A stretch of DNA of 64,000 nt from Eutreptiella sp. 'Long Island Sound 2002' (lineage: Eukaryota; Protista; Euglenida), in NCBI GenBank assembly GCA_964036045.1, contig OZ038379.1, positions 20,522,001 through 20,586,000 on the forward strand. The letters are read 5' to 3'. The notes beneath the pieces are model-generated. The model did no database searches. It had not been told where the DNA came from and saw nothing but the letters and a program-made list of their open reading frames with translations. Position numbers and translations under genes: made by a program. Of this stretch, positions 48,550-61,472 are shown piece after piece (position 1 is the stretch's first letter; every line of letters starts with the position of its first letter).

Positions 48550-50098
48550 AATAGAACCCTCGCCACCCCAACCCCTTCCACCCCTCCTAGCACATGTGCT
48601 GCAGCAGCACCCGTGGGTTTTTCACCCCTGTGTCCGCCAACAGCACAGCGGCACCAGTGGGTTCTTCGTCCCCCGCGTCCGTCAACAGCACATCGGACTC
48701 GCCCAGTGGGGCCTTCACGCAGGGAAGCACGGGATGCGGGACACTGAAGGAGGATGAGCTCCACTCCCTCTTGTTGCGTGTCATCTCAACCCAGTTCCTG
48801 AAGCTCGGCGACAGGGCAACCGAACAACGGAACTTATGGTTTAGTCGCATCATTGTTGGACCTCGCGGTTTGAGCATGATTTGAAAGATTTGGGCGTCAC
48901 ACACACACACACACACACAATGGTATTGGCACCCCCACACACCCGTCCCCTCCCACACATATCCCTCGCTCATCCTTCTTCTTTCCTCCCCGTGCCATTG
49001 GGGTTTGGGTTTGGGAAGGTATGCCCCTTTCTTTCTGCAGGTTTTTTGGAGATGTTCCTCAAAACGTTTTTGCAGGCAAGACCAATCAAAAAAGCTTGGA
49101 GGTATGTGTGTCTTGGTGTGTGTGTGTGCGTTTGTGCGTGCCCAATCACCCATAGGTAGGCGGGTGTTCGGCCCCGTGCACCGTGGTTGAGGAGCCCAAT
49201 GGAAAGTTGGGTCCAGCTTCCACCGGCGCACGGGTAGGCATCCCCATGGAGGAGGAAAGTCAGCGGCCGCTTCCAATTGATGGTGTCCACAAGGGGTGGA
49301 CGCAATTGGATGTAGCGGGCCCACGATTGCAACGGCCAAGAGCGGGCGCTTGTCGGGGGATCCGCCACGGACACGAGTCGATCTAGCGCAAGCGGCTTGA
49401 CCAAGTCCTTCCATGTGTCCATGAAGCGGTCACGTGAAGGGATGGCGCGGGGGAATGGGAGGCCCGTCGCAGCGGTGTACGCGGCCTGGCGGCGGGTCAT
49501 GAACCCCGACACATGCGGGAGCCGCCCTTGGGGACATTCAAGTCCGTAAGTAACCCGGTCACCCGGTAACCCGATCAATCCGGGTGCGGGGAAGAGGACG
49601 GAGGCATGCCTCTATTTGTTTGTTGCAGATGAGGGGGAATTGGGCAACCTCGGTGGCCTCGTACCACGGGGCCTTGGCCAAAGGGGATAAGGCCACCCAC
49701 TCACCAAGGAGTTGGGAGACCGAAGAGTCCCGCAAACTCTTGGCCCCACTCAAACGCGTGAGCGTCATACTAAGCTTGAGAAGGGTGTCACGAGAGATGG
49801 GCATAACAAGAGCTACGCAAGGGAAAAAGGAGGCTGGGAGTAGGGTGAGTGGGGGGACTAGAGAGGGATGTGTGGGGGTACATAACCACTGATAGGACTA
49901 TGCAACCCTTGTAGCAACCCGTTGGGCACCCTTTGACCACGCAAACATGTCAATTCGGCATGGTACGAGCACAAGCAAAGCGGGGCAAATTTGCCAAAAT
50001 TGGGTTAACGTGTTGATATTTGACAGGTTAATGTTTACACCCTTTCATACATTAAAAATTAGAATTAACCATATTGGTTTTAACGTAGGTCTCTAGGG
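48104..50098 (-). mobile_element. ~2-kb TIR DNA transposon (CCCTAGAGACCTA TIR, 2-bp CC duplication; CMC/EnSpm-like) with transposase fragment
   Basis: CCCTAGAGACCTATGTTAAACCCAA vs reverse complement of the right end CCCTAGAGACCTACGTTAAAACCAA; minus-strand fragment LTFLLHGDAYPCAGGSWTQLSIGLLNHG. Confidence 0.75.
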
Positions 50099-51275
50099 CC
50101 ACAATGGCTTTGAGTTCTCATACACGCCCCCTGCCGTCGCCACGCCACAACAACCCTCACAGTCCCAAGCCGCCTCCGCTCCCACTGCGACAAAACGGAC
50201 AAAGTCGGAATCCCAATCCTTCAGCACGGATGTGAGTGACACAAGACGACCGCGCAAGAGGCGAAAATTCAGGAAAAGCGAAAATTCACGAAAAGGCCGC
50301 TAACCACTGTGAAGGGCATAGGGAACCGAACCAGGCTGAGCCAGAATTAGAGCGCAAAAAGAGCCCCGCATCTTGACTGCGGTATCTCTGCAGCATTTCA
50401 TTATTGCAAATGCTTGAACGCACAAATCTCGTGTCTTCTCGCACAGGAAGCTGTTGACGTGAGCCCCGCGTTCTGTCGCGAAACACGGCAGCAACACAAG
50501 CCAAGCAGCAGCTGTGTGCGGTCTCATACTCCGTGTTGTGTCGCGGAGGAGCTCGCTGGCGTGATTCCGCCACGAAAGCCATGGGAGACACAGGAGAGGT
50601 GGTGGAAGCCGCAATATCGACACGGCCCATACACACAAGTCAACCTGGCTCCAAAGAAAATCGAGCCCCAGCAAGCACGACAGCGTCTCAAAGTACAAGC
50701 ACTAAACCAGTTGGACGCCATAGCGGAAGAGGGGTTGAGGATTATCAACTTGGAGCTGGAAACTATGGCTTGGTCACGGAACCAACAAATCTGGCTTCGA
50801 CTCAATCAACCTCACAGCACAAGGATGGCGATCCTCCACTGTCCAACGGCAGAGGGCCACAGGGCGGTGCCATTCTCAGTGAATAGGGATGGAGGCTACC
50901 TGCACGGGTGGTTGACGGGTCGAGCTGATCTGATAAGGCTATTTCAGACGACACTCTTCAGGCAGGCAAACCTGGTCACAGAGGACGCTGTACGGCTCCT
51001 TTACACATTGCTGAGCACGCCGCCGTGCGAACGGCGGTACGCTTGAGTTGTACGGGCAAGCCGAGGGGGGGGGGGGGGGTAAGATGAGAAAGAGGCACAG
51101 GGAGGAGAGGGACAGAGAGAAACCAGTGGGGAGGGCGAAGAGGAAGAGAAACCCCCTCGGGAGGGCGAAGAGTAAGACAAACTTGGGAGGGTGGAGAGGA
51201 AGAAACACACAGAGAGAGAGGCCCGCAGAGCGAGAGGTCATGGAGAGAGAGGCCCGCAGAGTGAGAGGTTAGCGA

Positions 51276-51497
51276 CTAACCGGCGCCGTGGGAGGGTGGT
51301 GGGAGCGAGTTGACCCAGACTCCCAGACAGCCAAAGCACATTCAAAAGCCACCCGGAGTGGCGCATGCGAATCTACAGGTAGCACCGCACTGGTGTGCGC
51401 TGCAGTGCAGCAAAGCAAAACATTGAACTAAGTGTGGTGATGACCATGCGTCTGTGACACGGGGGCGTGTGCGAGCCCAGTATCCGCTGCCTCATGG
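51276..51497. mobile_element. Dispersed SINE-like element (homologue of 29194-29396)
   Basis: Shared start CTAACCGGC and end CCAGTATCCGCTGCCTCATGG; preceded by an AG-rich tract. Confidence 0.6.
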
Positions 51498-51551
51498 CCC
51501 ACTACGACGCAATCCATCGGCCGCTGTGTCGAATTTTTGGGTTCGTCGTAT

Positions 51552-52900
51552 TGCAGTAGTTGCCGCGGCAAGCTATGTGGGGTGACAAGGTCATGCTCAC
51601 AATGCAAGCGGGGTGTCCATGAGCATTGCTTTGTCACGGTTGGGGGTGAGGGGCACCGTTGGTGTTTTGTGCTGGGTGTATACTGATGACTTGCCTATGC
51701 CTCCCTGCGACTCTGTATGCAAGGCGGAATTGTGGACATCCTCAAAACATGTAGACTTCAGGAGCCACCTGGCCAGACCGCTTAATTGCTGTGACATTGC
51801 TAGCTCCGAAGGGAATGTGGTCCACTTGAAGACAGCTTCTGGTTATGGTGCAGATGCTACTCGTGGTGAGTCCCCCTTTCTGCTTTGTCTTCTCAATCCC
51901 ACTACCATTTTAAATGCTACTGTCGTTGGGTTGCCGTGCATACTAGCTATCGCTGAGGTTCCAAAAGGCTGGCCCATGGGTCTACCACCTCTTGCTGTGC
52001 GACATGTTTCAATGGGGAAACCGTTGATGGTTGCTGGTGAATTGGCTCGTTTTCGCATCATCATGAGTCAGCTGGCTGAGGAGGGAGTGAATCAAGTGAG
52101 TGTCATGGTGTACAACACTAGCAGCCGCAGTCCGAATTTCACTATGATGCAATCAGTGATGATAATTGTCACGTTGACTCCGATTCCAAGAAAGGTACAT
52201 TGCACCTTGTAACTTATACCTCAAAAACACGGAAATCTCAGATTCGAGCGAAATTTCGCCACTCCCGTCATTTTGTCCAATTCGTACTATATGTTTAGTT
52301 GGCGATGTAGGTCAGGTTTAGTGAAGGCTTGTTACCCAGTATCCTGTGTCCTGAGGCTCTTTAATGGGTGCTGGAGGTTCTGAAAGTGTCTATGAATGTG
52401 ACAAAGTGGGTGCTGGTGGGGTCTCAATCCCCAAATTTGGCTGTTCAGTTGCACATTCGTTTGAAGTCGGAAATTTCAGTTGTATTTGGTTTCCTCAAAG
52501 CTACGGTTGATGAACTACCAAAGGAAACTATTGAGCTCACAACTGGTACTTGAAGAGAGGCTGACTCTCTGGCCCCGATCTACTGGGAATTTGTGTTGCC
52601 GCAACTTGACAAGGGTGTGCGTGTTGACAGGACTGGAATGTCTTATGTACCTGATGAGCCTGATAAACAGGATTGCATGGATAGTATGCCGGACGTGGAT
52701 GCCAAGCCCAAGGGAACCCCAAAGCCGAAGGCTTCTAAGCCAAAGCCCAAGAAGGGGGCTGCCAGCAATCCCCGTGGTGTCGATGCAGGTGGCAGTACCA
52801 AACCCCAAGCAACACCTACGAAAAGGGCTCAATCACCCTGTGATGAGGCCCCGGCGGCGCATGGTGATGAGGAACAGACACAACAGGAGAGTTAGCAGTT
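51552..52900 (+). pseudogene. PHD-finger-containing gene remnant, probably TE-associated
   Basis: CSSC-x10-CSQC-KRGV-H-EH-C...RWC, then a frameshift into VLC and ORF 51613-52212; possible GT-AG intron ~52194-52310. Confidence 0.55.
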
Positions 52901-55900
52901 GGTCACGCCACACAAAGGAACTACGAGTCCACCGTTTGAGCCGAAAGAACAGTCACCGTCACCAGAGGGATTCGAGAACTTTGCGAATTTGGTGAGTGGT
53001 GGGACCTCACCAGCACCCCAGCCACAGCAGCAACCTCAGAAAGAAACGCGTTAGGGGAACAAACAACGACGGTGATTTGGTGATAACTGTTATGATGAGA
53101 CATTGGTGACTGCGGAACCACCATCCTTTGAGCAGTTGACTTGAATTTTAGTTTGTGTCTGACTCTGTTTGATTTGTTATTCAAACTCACCCTTTCTAGG
53201 CGATGGCGCATGGAATTGCCTTTTGTAAGCAACATTTGGTAGATTCTGTGATGTATGTTTGTGTATTGATTGATTATAGACAGTTCCTTATGGTTCGAAT
53301 TGTATGTCTATGATGTTATGTATCAATCTGATACTGTGGCAAGCAGCCAATGGACTGACATAATTTTATACCTCCTTGACCTGCATTTTGCCAAATGTGG
53401 CGAAATTTCGCGTCTCATTGCACTTCCCTGAAAAGGGGGGTCCATTTCACCATGCATCAGTGTATTGTTACAGTGTCATCTGTACGCAACGGAAACCCTT
53501 TAGTGGAGCATGCAATTTGTCCTTTAGTGTTATTTTTTTGAATTCAGATGCCTGTTTGGGCTGATTTACAAGTGTGCTCAATTGCGGGCTAAAAGGGCAA
53601 AGCGGACAAACTGGGGCATGATTTCAGGCAAAGACCTCACTCGTTGTGCGCTGTGTGCAATTGTGGGGTAATAATTCGCCTTTTTTTTTTACCCCGTGAC
53701 TGGCCTTGATTTCGCCCACCCCCACCCCACCCCCCGGGCAATTAAGGCCTCCTACGTTTTTTTTTGGCGTCTTCGTTGCGACAATGCACAGCCCCATGTG
53801 GGGTCTGTAGTGCTTCATGCAGACACCATCAACTGTCAATGTGACCGTAACAAGTCACACCAGAATTGCCGACACCAACTTCTAGGCCCTTTTTGGAGGG
53901 CTGTGGATTTATTGTGTTCCGCCATTGTGGCTGTTTTCGGAGGGCAGTAGGTTTTTCGTTTTGGGCCATTTTGGCCATTTTCGGAGGGCAGTGAATTTAT
54001 TATTTCCGGCCGGTTTGGCCGTTTTTAAAGCGCAGTTGAGCACACATCCAGCCAAAGCGTCACCTGGTCAATACATGAACCACCACCACCTTGACAACAA
54101 TCTATTTTACCGCCACTCCACTGCAGCCACAGTGCATACCCACATTCAACGGCTCCAAAACATGGGCAAGTTATCTCTGGTGGTAAGCACGTCAATTCTG
54201 AGGCACCTGCAAAGGCATTGGGCACAGATTCCCATTGCTCAACATCATCCTATGCCATATTGTCTGGCTTGTTGTCTGCCGTCAAGAGGCCCTTTGTTGC
54301 GAGAAACTTCCACGGGTGACGACTACGATTGTTGTCTAGCAGATCTGCGTGCAATGGGCAGGGAAGAGCGAGACATGGAGCGTAGAACAAACCAGTGGAC
54401 CGTGGATGCCTTCGGTATTGGGGACGGTCATTTCCGGTTAGTGCCGTACAATGTGCTGGGCACACAATGCGACATTCAGATGACAAACCGGTCAAGAGCG
54501 CGTTACTTTGTTCATAAGATCCTCCCCGACTTGGCGACAAGCAACAAAATTGAACGGTGCAGACACCAAGGAGCCCACAGACGACAAGACCTCGGTTGGG
54601 ATCCAAACAACCGAGACTTCCAAGAGTCTAAGACAATTCTTTTGGGGGCAATTTAACGATTTTGGTTGAGTCTTTGCATACCGTGTCCAAGACCGCCAAC
54701 ATCTGGGGCCCACCAGCTCCGCGAGATCGTGTTGGGACACGTTGCAGGCGTAGGGGACGTACGCGGATGGACACTCCGCGTTGGTGTCCTGTGCGGACCC
54801 CCCCTTGCGCTAGCTGGTGCCAATGTTGATTTGAACAGCAGATCCTGGAGAGAGGCCAGCCCATCTCTAGAAGCACGCGACCCTAGATTGGTCCCGGGCC
54901 CAATCATGGGGCAATGTGCCAATCCCAGTTAATCCGGTTTCGGGTGTGAGGCCCATCAGATCACCGAAACCCGTGATTCCCTCGACTTTGGAGAAGACCA
55001 GACCAAATTTTTTATGGATACTTGGGATGATGCATGGGGAGATCCGGCCCCTGCCATTTCTGTGGCCTAAGAACCACGGCTGGTTGGGCTAGTCCTGCGA
55101 TGTCCAGCAATGTGGTACAACCCCCCGCTTGCAACATCATTTTTGGGTTCTTTCATTGACCGATTGTGGAGATGTGGAATCCAATCCGGGACCGGACCCA
55201 AAAAGGAGGTACACCCGACAGCGCCCAATCCCAGGCATCTCCCGTACCCCATGATTTGTTAATGCTGCTTTCAGTTACAGGTCTCCAAGCCATTAATACT
55301 AAGTGCAAAGGCATATGCGGACACTTCCAGAAGATTAGCAAAGAGGCGGAGGCTGCAGGCCCTAGCGGAAAGAAAAGGGGTCGTTTTGAAGGATATGATG
55401 ATGCCCTAGCACAGACGACAGAGGTTTTAGTGGAACTTAACACATTGATAACCAATTTCTAGCACCCCCTCCATGACAAGGAGAAGGGCTAGGTTGATGA
55501 AATCAACCAGCAACTCAAACAAGTTTAGGACATGATGGACAGGGCTTCAAAGGACGAAATAAGCAAATTGATCAAACAAGGACACAAACTCTTTGAACAG
55601 CTTGATCTGTTAGTGCACCTCGTCACTCATGGTGTGTCGATGATGCTGTCAATAGACAACAACGGCACCTCGAAGGACAACGAAACGTCTTCATGTTTCA
55701 CCTCGTTAACTCCCAGAGGGAACGCAGTGACAAGGAGAGTCAATCCTCAACCCCATCTCTGCTCAGTGGCCTTTCACGGCTCGAATGTAGAGGTAGCCAA
55801 ACCAACCCGGTAGTCTCGGGCTGAGATCACGGCACTTGCTGACGTTGTTCCGGCACTCCAGGACAGTGAGCAGCAACAATTTGTGCTACTGGGAAAAGTT

Positions 55901-56659
55901 TCACACCGCTTTGCAGACATCAACCTTATTGTTGGTAGCAGCACAATCTGTCTCGTGGAAGAGTTTGGCGAACACGGCCCCTGCGGAAGTGGCCCAATTC
56001 TTTTTGCTTCAGAATTTGACTGCATTGCTTGTGGCGTGAGAAAATGAGCTTCTAGAGCTCTTTGCCACAGTTCCATGAGTGGGCCAACAGAATGTCTGCG
56101 AAACTCCCATGGGTGCCAGACACCTGTGACCTGTTTAACAGACCAGTCAAGAATACAGCAGGGGCAGACCTTCAGTTTTTGGTTATTACAACCTCCGTTG
56201 GGGGCATGTGTAACAATTTCGAGCCTTCCTTTGTATCCCACTGTCTCTTTATGGAAAGCGCCACTCTCAATCGCAAGCCGTTTAAAAGCCAGCAAGCAAA
56301 CCCAACCAACAAGGCCATTCAGTTGGATGAAAAGACACCGCCACATGCAATGAACAAATTTGGGCTGCATGGTCCCCGTTGTTACTTCCACCACGGTTAG
56401 ACCAGGCGGAGACCACAAAACGGGCTCTAGCCTATCAACTCCAAGATTTTTTATGCCCCCCTCCATGGGGATAAACTCAACAAGTTTGTGGGAAGACCAT
56501 GCATGAGCATGTAGCAGTCATGTTGCTCAATGAATGTCATGGAAAGAGCCTCAAAGAGGGATACCTCATAACCCACTTTTTCGAAAGAAAAGTTTGCTAA
56601 ATTGCTATGGTTTACCCTCTACCGGGCCCCATCCAAGCGCATTCAGGACCCATAGCTTC

Positions 56660-57275
56660 GAGGAACAGTGGGCAGCGGAACCCCTTCAGTACACGACTTC
56701 ACTACCCGTGGAAAGTGGGCAATGGAACTCCTTTTGTGCACTTCCTCACTACATGTGAGCAGTCGGAAGTGGAACTCCTTCTATGCACTACCGCACTACA
56801 TGTGGGCAGTTGGCCATGCAACTCCGTATGTGCACAGCCTCATTGCCTGTGGGCAGCGGGCAGTTGAACTCCCATGCAATGCCTAAGTGCTGGGGAGCAG
56901 TGGGCAGTGGATCTCCCTAAGTACACTGCCTCACTGGTGGGAAACAATGGTTGATATCCTTCGGTGCACTGGCTCGCTGCCAGGGAGCATTTGGTAGCGG
57001 GCCTCCTTCATCGCAGTGCCCCTTTGCTGGGGAGTAGTGGGAAATAGGTCTCCTTCTGTACACTACCCTCGCTGCCGGGGAGCAGTGGGCACACAGCCTT
57101 AGTGCTGGGGAGCAGTGGGTAGTTGATCTTCTTCCGTACAGTGCCTCATCGGTGGGCAGCATTGGGCAGTGGATCTCCTTCAATACACCACCTCACCGCT
57201 TGGGAGCCGTGGTAGCAGGTCTCCCTCAACACACTGCCTCACTGCTAGGGAGCAATGGGCAGCGGATCTCCTATA
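56660..57275 (+). repeat. Degenerate minisatellite (GGGAGCAGTGGGCAGTGGATCTCC...CACTGCCTC units, ~45 bp)
   Basis: Recurring CAGTGGGCAG / GGAACTCC / ACTGCCTCA motifs. Confidence 0.7.
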
Positions 57276-57277
57276 GT

Positions 57278-57580
57278 GGGGCGTGGCTGTCACCGAGAAG
57301 GCGCGGGATCACGGTTCGGGGGCACGAAGTGTCCCGCCGTGCCGGGGGTCACTTCATGGGGTGCGTGTGGGGCGTGGCTGTCACCCAAATCGTGCCGGGT
57401 CACTAGTCGGGGAGACAAAGTGTCCCGCCGTGCCGATGGTCGCTCCCTGTAGGGCTCCCGTGGAGGATGGCTGTCCCCCCATAAGACGCGGGATCACGGG
57501 CTTGGGGGCAAAGTGTCATGTCGTGCCGGTGATCGATGCTTGTAGGGCACCTGCGGATGGCTGTCCCCCATAAGACGGGG
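57278..57580 (+). repeat. ~91-bp degenerate tandem repeat, 3-4 copies
   Basis: (G/A)TGGCTGTC at 57283, 57374, 57467, 57557. Confidence 0.75.
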
Positions 57581-59657
57581 GACCCGGTTGTGGAGTGTGG
57601 CCCTCGTTCTTAAAGGCGGGGGGGGGGGGGTGCTAGGTTGTGCCCGCTACGGCCCACACGGGTGGTTGCCAACGCTGTCCGCGTACCCGTGTGGGTGTGG
57701 GTGACCCTGCCTTGTTCCAGCACACAGCAGCACACAGGGTGTTTACACCTTGGGGAGGGCGAAACTGCCCTGAAGTGGCAGCTTGGGTGGTGTGCCCGCT
57801 ATGCAACAACGTGTTGTTATGCAAGGCTTGGTGGGTCCCTCCTTGGGGGGAGAGCTTTCCCTTAGTTAGGGCCTATGTGTGACCCAGTTTGCAAGGGTTT
57901 CTAACCCCCCTATACCTGTGTCTCCGTCGGGTTCCCCCACCTGTAGAGCTCTGGGCCGGGTGTTCGGCCCCGGAGAGCCTACTAGCACCTTGCCTCCGCT
58001 GTTGCAGGTGGGATTCCCTTCGCGGTACCCGGTACCTCCTAGCCTAGACTAGGGTGGGTGTGTACTTCCTAATACTGAGGGCGTGGAGTTCCCGAGGCAG
58101 GGGTGCTTGGGGAGTCCTCCCCACGCGCGCCCGCCCCACCCACAGGGTCCCGCACCATGGCCCAGCAGTGCCCCCCCCCACCACGACAGTGCAGCCACAT
58201 CCCCCATCGCCACCCCTACAGTTGCCCCGCCTCATGTGCCCACCCACACGCCTTACCGTGCAAGGGCCGGCGATGTGGAGGCCCCCTGTAGCGGGGGTTC
58301 ACCAACGGCGTCGCAGCCAGGTCGCGGCCAGGTTTGCAGCAGGGTAGGAGGGCAGTGGGCCAGGGGGGTGCAGGCCATGGGAGAGCTTAGGGACTTTCAG
58401 GGAAATACGGATAGTGGGAAGGCCTAGTAGGACCCATGCCCCCCCACCCCCCACCCCTTGCCTTGGACCCAAGGTCCAATGGGGCCAGTCTTGTTTTGTT
58501 CGTTCTGTTGTGTTTCTTTCATGGTTCCTTTAGCGCCACTGCTTGTGGGGGTGCTTGCTCCGTGCAGGAGCCTGCGGGCCCTCAGCCCTTTCCCTTCGGG
58601 TTTTGCTTTGTCTTGTTTCCAGTTTCTAGGGCGGCTGCCCCCAGAGCCGCCACAAGCAGGCGAAACGAAATATGGGTGTGCGAGGAGGGACAGGTGTGAT
58701 GGAAACAATGCAACATACGGTGAACAGAATGCAGTGCGGTGAAGATACCAAAAGGGAAACAGAGTGGGTTTTGAGGAGGGGAGCGGCCCACGAATGAGTG
58801 GATGGGCGCCGCTCCCCTATGCAACGCCAACCAATACCCTGCGACTTGCTTGCGGTTAGCAAGCGCCCGGCATGTAGGTAGGTAGGTATAAGGCCTTTAA
58901 CCCCGGCTACCACCCTAGTGCGTCGCATCCGGAAAGGCCACTGGGCTGGGAAGAGTCCCGAATCCCCCGGAAGGAGCCCCTCCCCGTCCGGCCACCAGGG
59001 ATGAAGCTGTTTTTGGGGTAATTTCCAGCCACCACGACACCAGAAGTAATAAGTAACATCGTGCCACCTCCTTCTTCCCCGTTCAGACCTCCCGGCGCTC
59101 GACTTTGGCACTTGGGACCTTGCCTAATAACTACGGTGACGGCCATGCCGACGCCTTGGCAACCGCAGCCAGGGTTAGCGTGCCGCCGGGCACCAGGCTG
59201 GACCACCGAGGAGAGGAGGCTGTGCCAGCTGTCCTCCCTAGGGGTCGCTGGCCGGTTCCCGAGGCCTAGGCGGCTGGTACTAGGGGGCCGCAGGATCCCT
59301 GAGGTTGGTGTTTAGCACTTGAGTGTGCGTACACCCGACACTGTTAGTACACCATCCAGAGGGTGGCGCCCGGGCCCTGTCGTGCGGGGCTTCGCACCTG
59401 GCACCTAGCCCATGGGTAGGGCTGGGGAGTACTCAGGGTGTGGTGTGGTGTGGTGTGGGTTGATATAGTTCAGTGCAGTGCAGTGCAGTGTGGCGCAGTG
59501 TCATGTGGTGCACTGTGGTGTTGTGTAGTATGATTTGGAGGAGGCACGGGCTACGGTAATAGTGACAGGGAGGTTGCTTTTGACCATGCTGTTGTGCGGT
59601 ACTGCAGATCCTCTTCAGCGGCACCAGCAGGTTCTTGCCCAGTCTGCTCCCTGTGTC

Positions 59658-60107
59658 ATGGCGTCTTGGTACCGGCTGCCCCGCCGCTTGGGCGTAGCGG
59701 CCGGAGCCTGCGTTGCCTCTTGTGCCTGTGACTGGTCACTGGACTACAGCCTGTCACGCAACCTGCGTGCTGTGTGGGCAGCTGGAGCCACCGCTGTGGA
59801 CTACAAGTTCATGTTGTCAGGAGGTGCAGTGGAGCTGGATGCCATGCACCGCCAAGTGGCAGAGCGCGTGCTGTGGGTCTGCCAGGCCAATGGGGGTCTG
59901 TACATCAAACTGGGGCAAGGCATCGCCGCACTCAATCACGTGCTGCCAGAGGTCTACACTGAGGTGCTCTCTGTGCTGCAGGACAAGGCCGAGTGCATCC
60001 CCTATGCAGAAGTGGAGAAGGTGCTGCAGCGGCAGTTCGGGGCCTTGCCCTCTGAATTGTTTGCGGACTTTGACCCGGAGCCCATGGCCTCGGCCTCCAT
60101 TGCGCAG
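59658..60107 (+). CDS. ABC1/UbiB (ADCK1/5-like) atypical kinase, exon 1
   Basis: NGGLYIKLGQ...VLPEVY...LQD...FDPEPMASASIAQ; ends CAG|GT, phase 0; start codon inferred. Confidence 0.9.
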
Positions 60108-60755
60108 GTGTCGGAATTAGGGCGGGGCTTTGTCTGATTTGTCATGGAACGCATCGCATTGCTTAAGATTGGAATTCCTGAACACTGCCGTTGGTCACTG
60201 TGTCGAGCCTGCACGGCCTCTCGCCGGCTATTGCTGGGGCCCAATCACATTGCTAGTTGAGGTGGCATGGGGCCACTGCTTTGCAGGGGCTCCCGGACTT
60301 TTCAATGGCGAGGAGGAGGAGGGCGGCGATAGACCCTTCCCCCCAGGGCCAACTCACCTGGCCCGAAGCCCCCTGGGATGACCCTGGACGCAAAATCTCA
60401 GAAGACTGGAGATGGCATTTTCGGAATCAGGGGGTCCAGGAAAGGCATCAGTTGGATTCTAAAAACCTTTCACCAGTTTGGTACCACGAACATTCTCTTG
60501 GGGGTCTTTGGCGCCGGGTTACCTTATTACTGAGGTCAATTGGCATCCCCTTGATGCACTTTTTGGCTGAATTGGACAAACAATGCGTTGAAGACACCAA
60601 GAGATTGATGGGCGCCATGAACTTTTTTCAATCAGAACCCCTTGTCATGGCCGCCTCTTCAGGCCCTTGCCAACACCTGTCCATGAAGACCCATTTTGGG
60701 CATTGGTGGTGCTACTGTACTCGATGGGTTCCTTGTGTGTTGTTGTCTGTTGCAG

Positions 60756-61046
60756 GTACACAAAGCCCGTCTCAAGAACGGCCGGGAGGTTGCAGTGAAG
60801 GTTTTGAAGCCGCATGTTCTCCGGCAGATGCCTTGGGATATCGCCGTGTACAAGGCTTTGGTGTTTTGCTTCGAGCGGCTCTTTGACCTCCCTATGTATT
60901 GGACCGTGCACTACACTGCAGAACAGCTGTGGAAAGAGCTAGACTTTGAGCGGGAGGCAGTGAACGCGGAGCGCGCGTCAGCGAACTTAGGAGGGCGGCC
61001 AGACTGCTTTGTGCCGGAGGTGATATGGGAGCTGACCCGGAAGCAG
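60756..61046 (+). CDS. ABC1/UbiB atypical kinase, exon 2
   Basis: Acceptor TGTTGCAG|; VHKARLKNGREVAVKV...KELDFEREAVNA...VPEVIWELTRKQ|GT; further exons are not found in the window. Confidence 0.92.
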
Positions 61047-61073
61047 GTGAACCCCCGTCTATACTGCTCTCTT

Positions 61074-61472
61074 ATACATACATACATACATACATACATA
61101 CATACATACATACATACATACATACATACATACATACATACATACATACATACATACATACATACATACATACATACATACATACATACATACAGGGTCC
61201 AGGGTCCAGGGTCCAGGGTCCAAGAACAGAGAACTCAAAGCATTAGGAGTGACGACCACAGTCGAACACGAGCGCAAAGAAAATGGATGGTACATACATA
61301 CATATATGCATACATACATACATACATGCATACATGCATGCATACATACATACATACATACATACATACATACATACATACATACATACATACATACATA
61401 CATACATACATACATACATACATACATACATACATACATACATACATACATACATACATACATACATACATA
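61074..61472. repeat. (TACA)n microsatellites in intron 2 (61074-61194 and 61291-61472), plus (AGGGTCC)4
   Basis: Direct reading. Confidence 0.97.
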
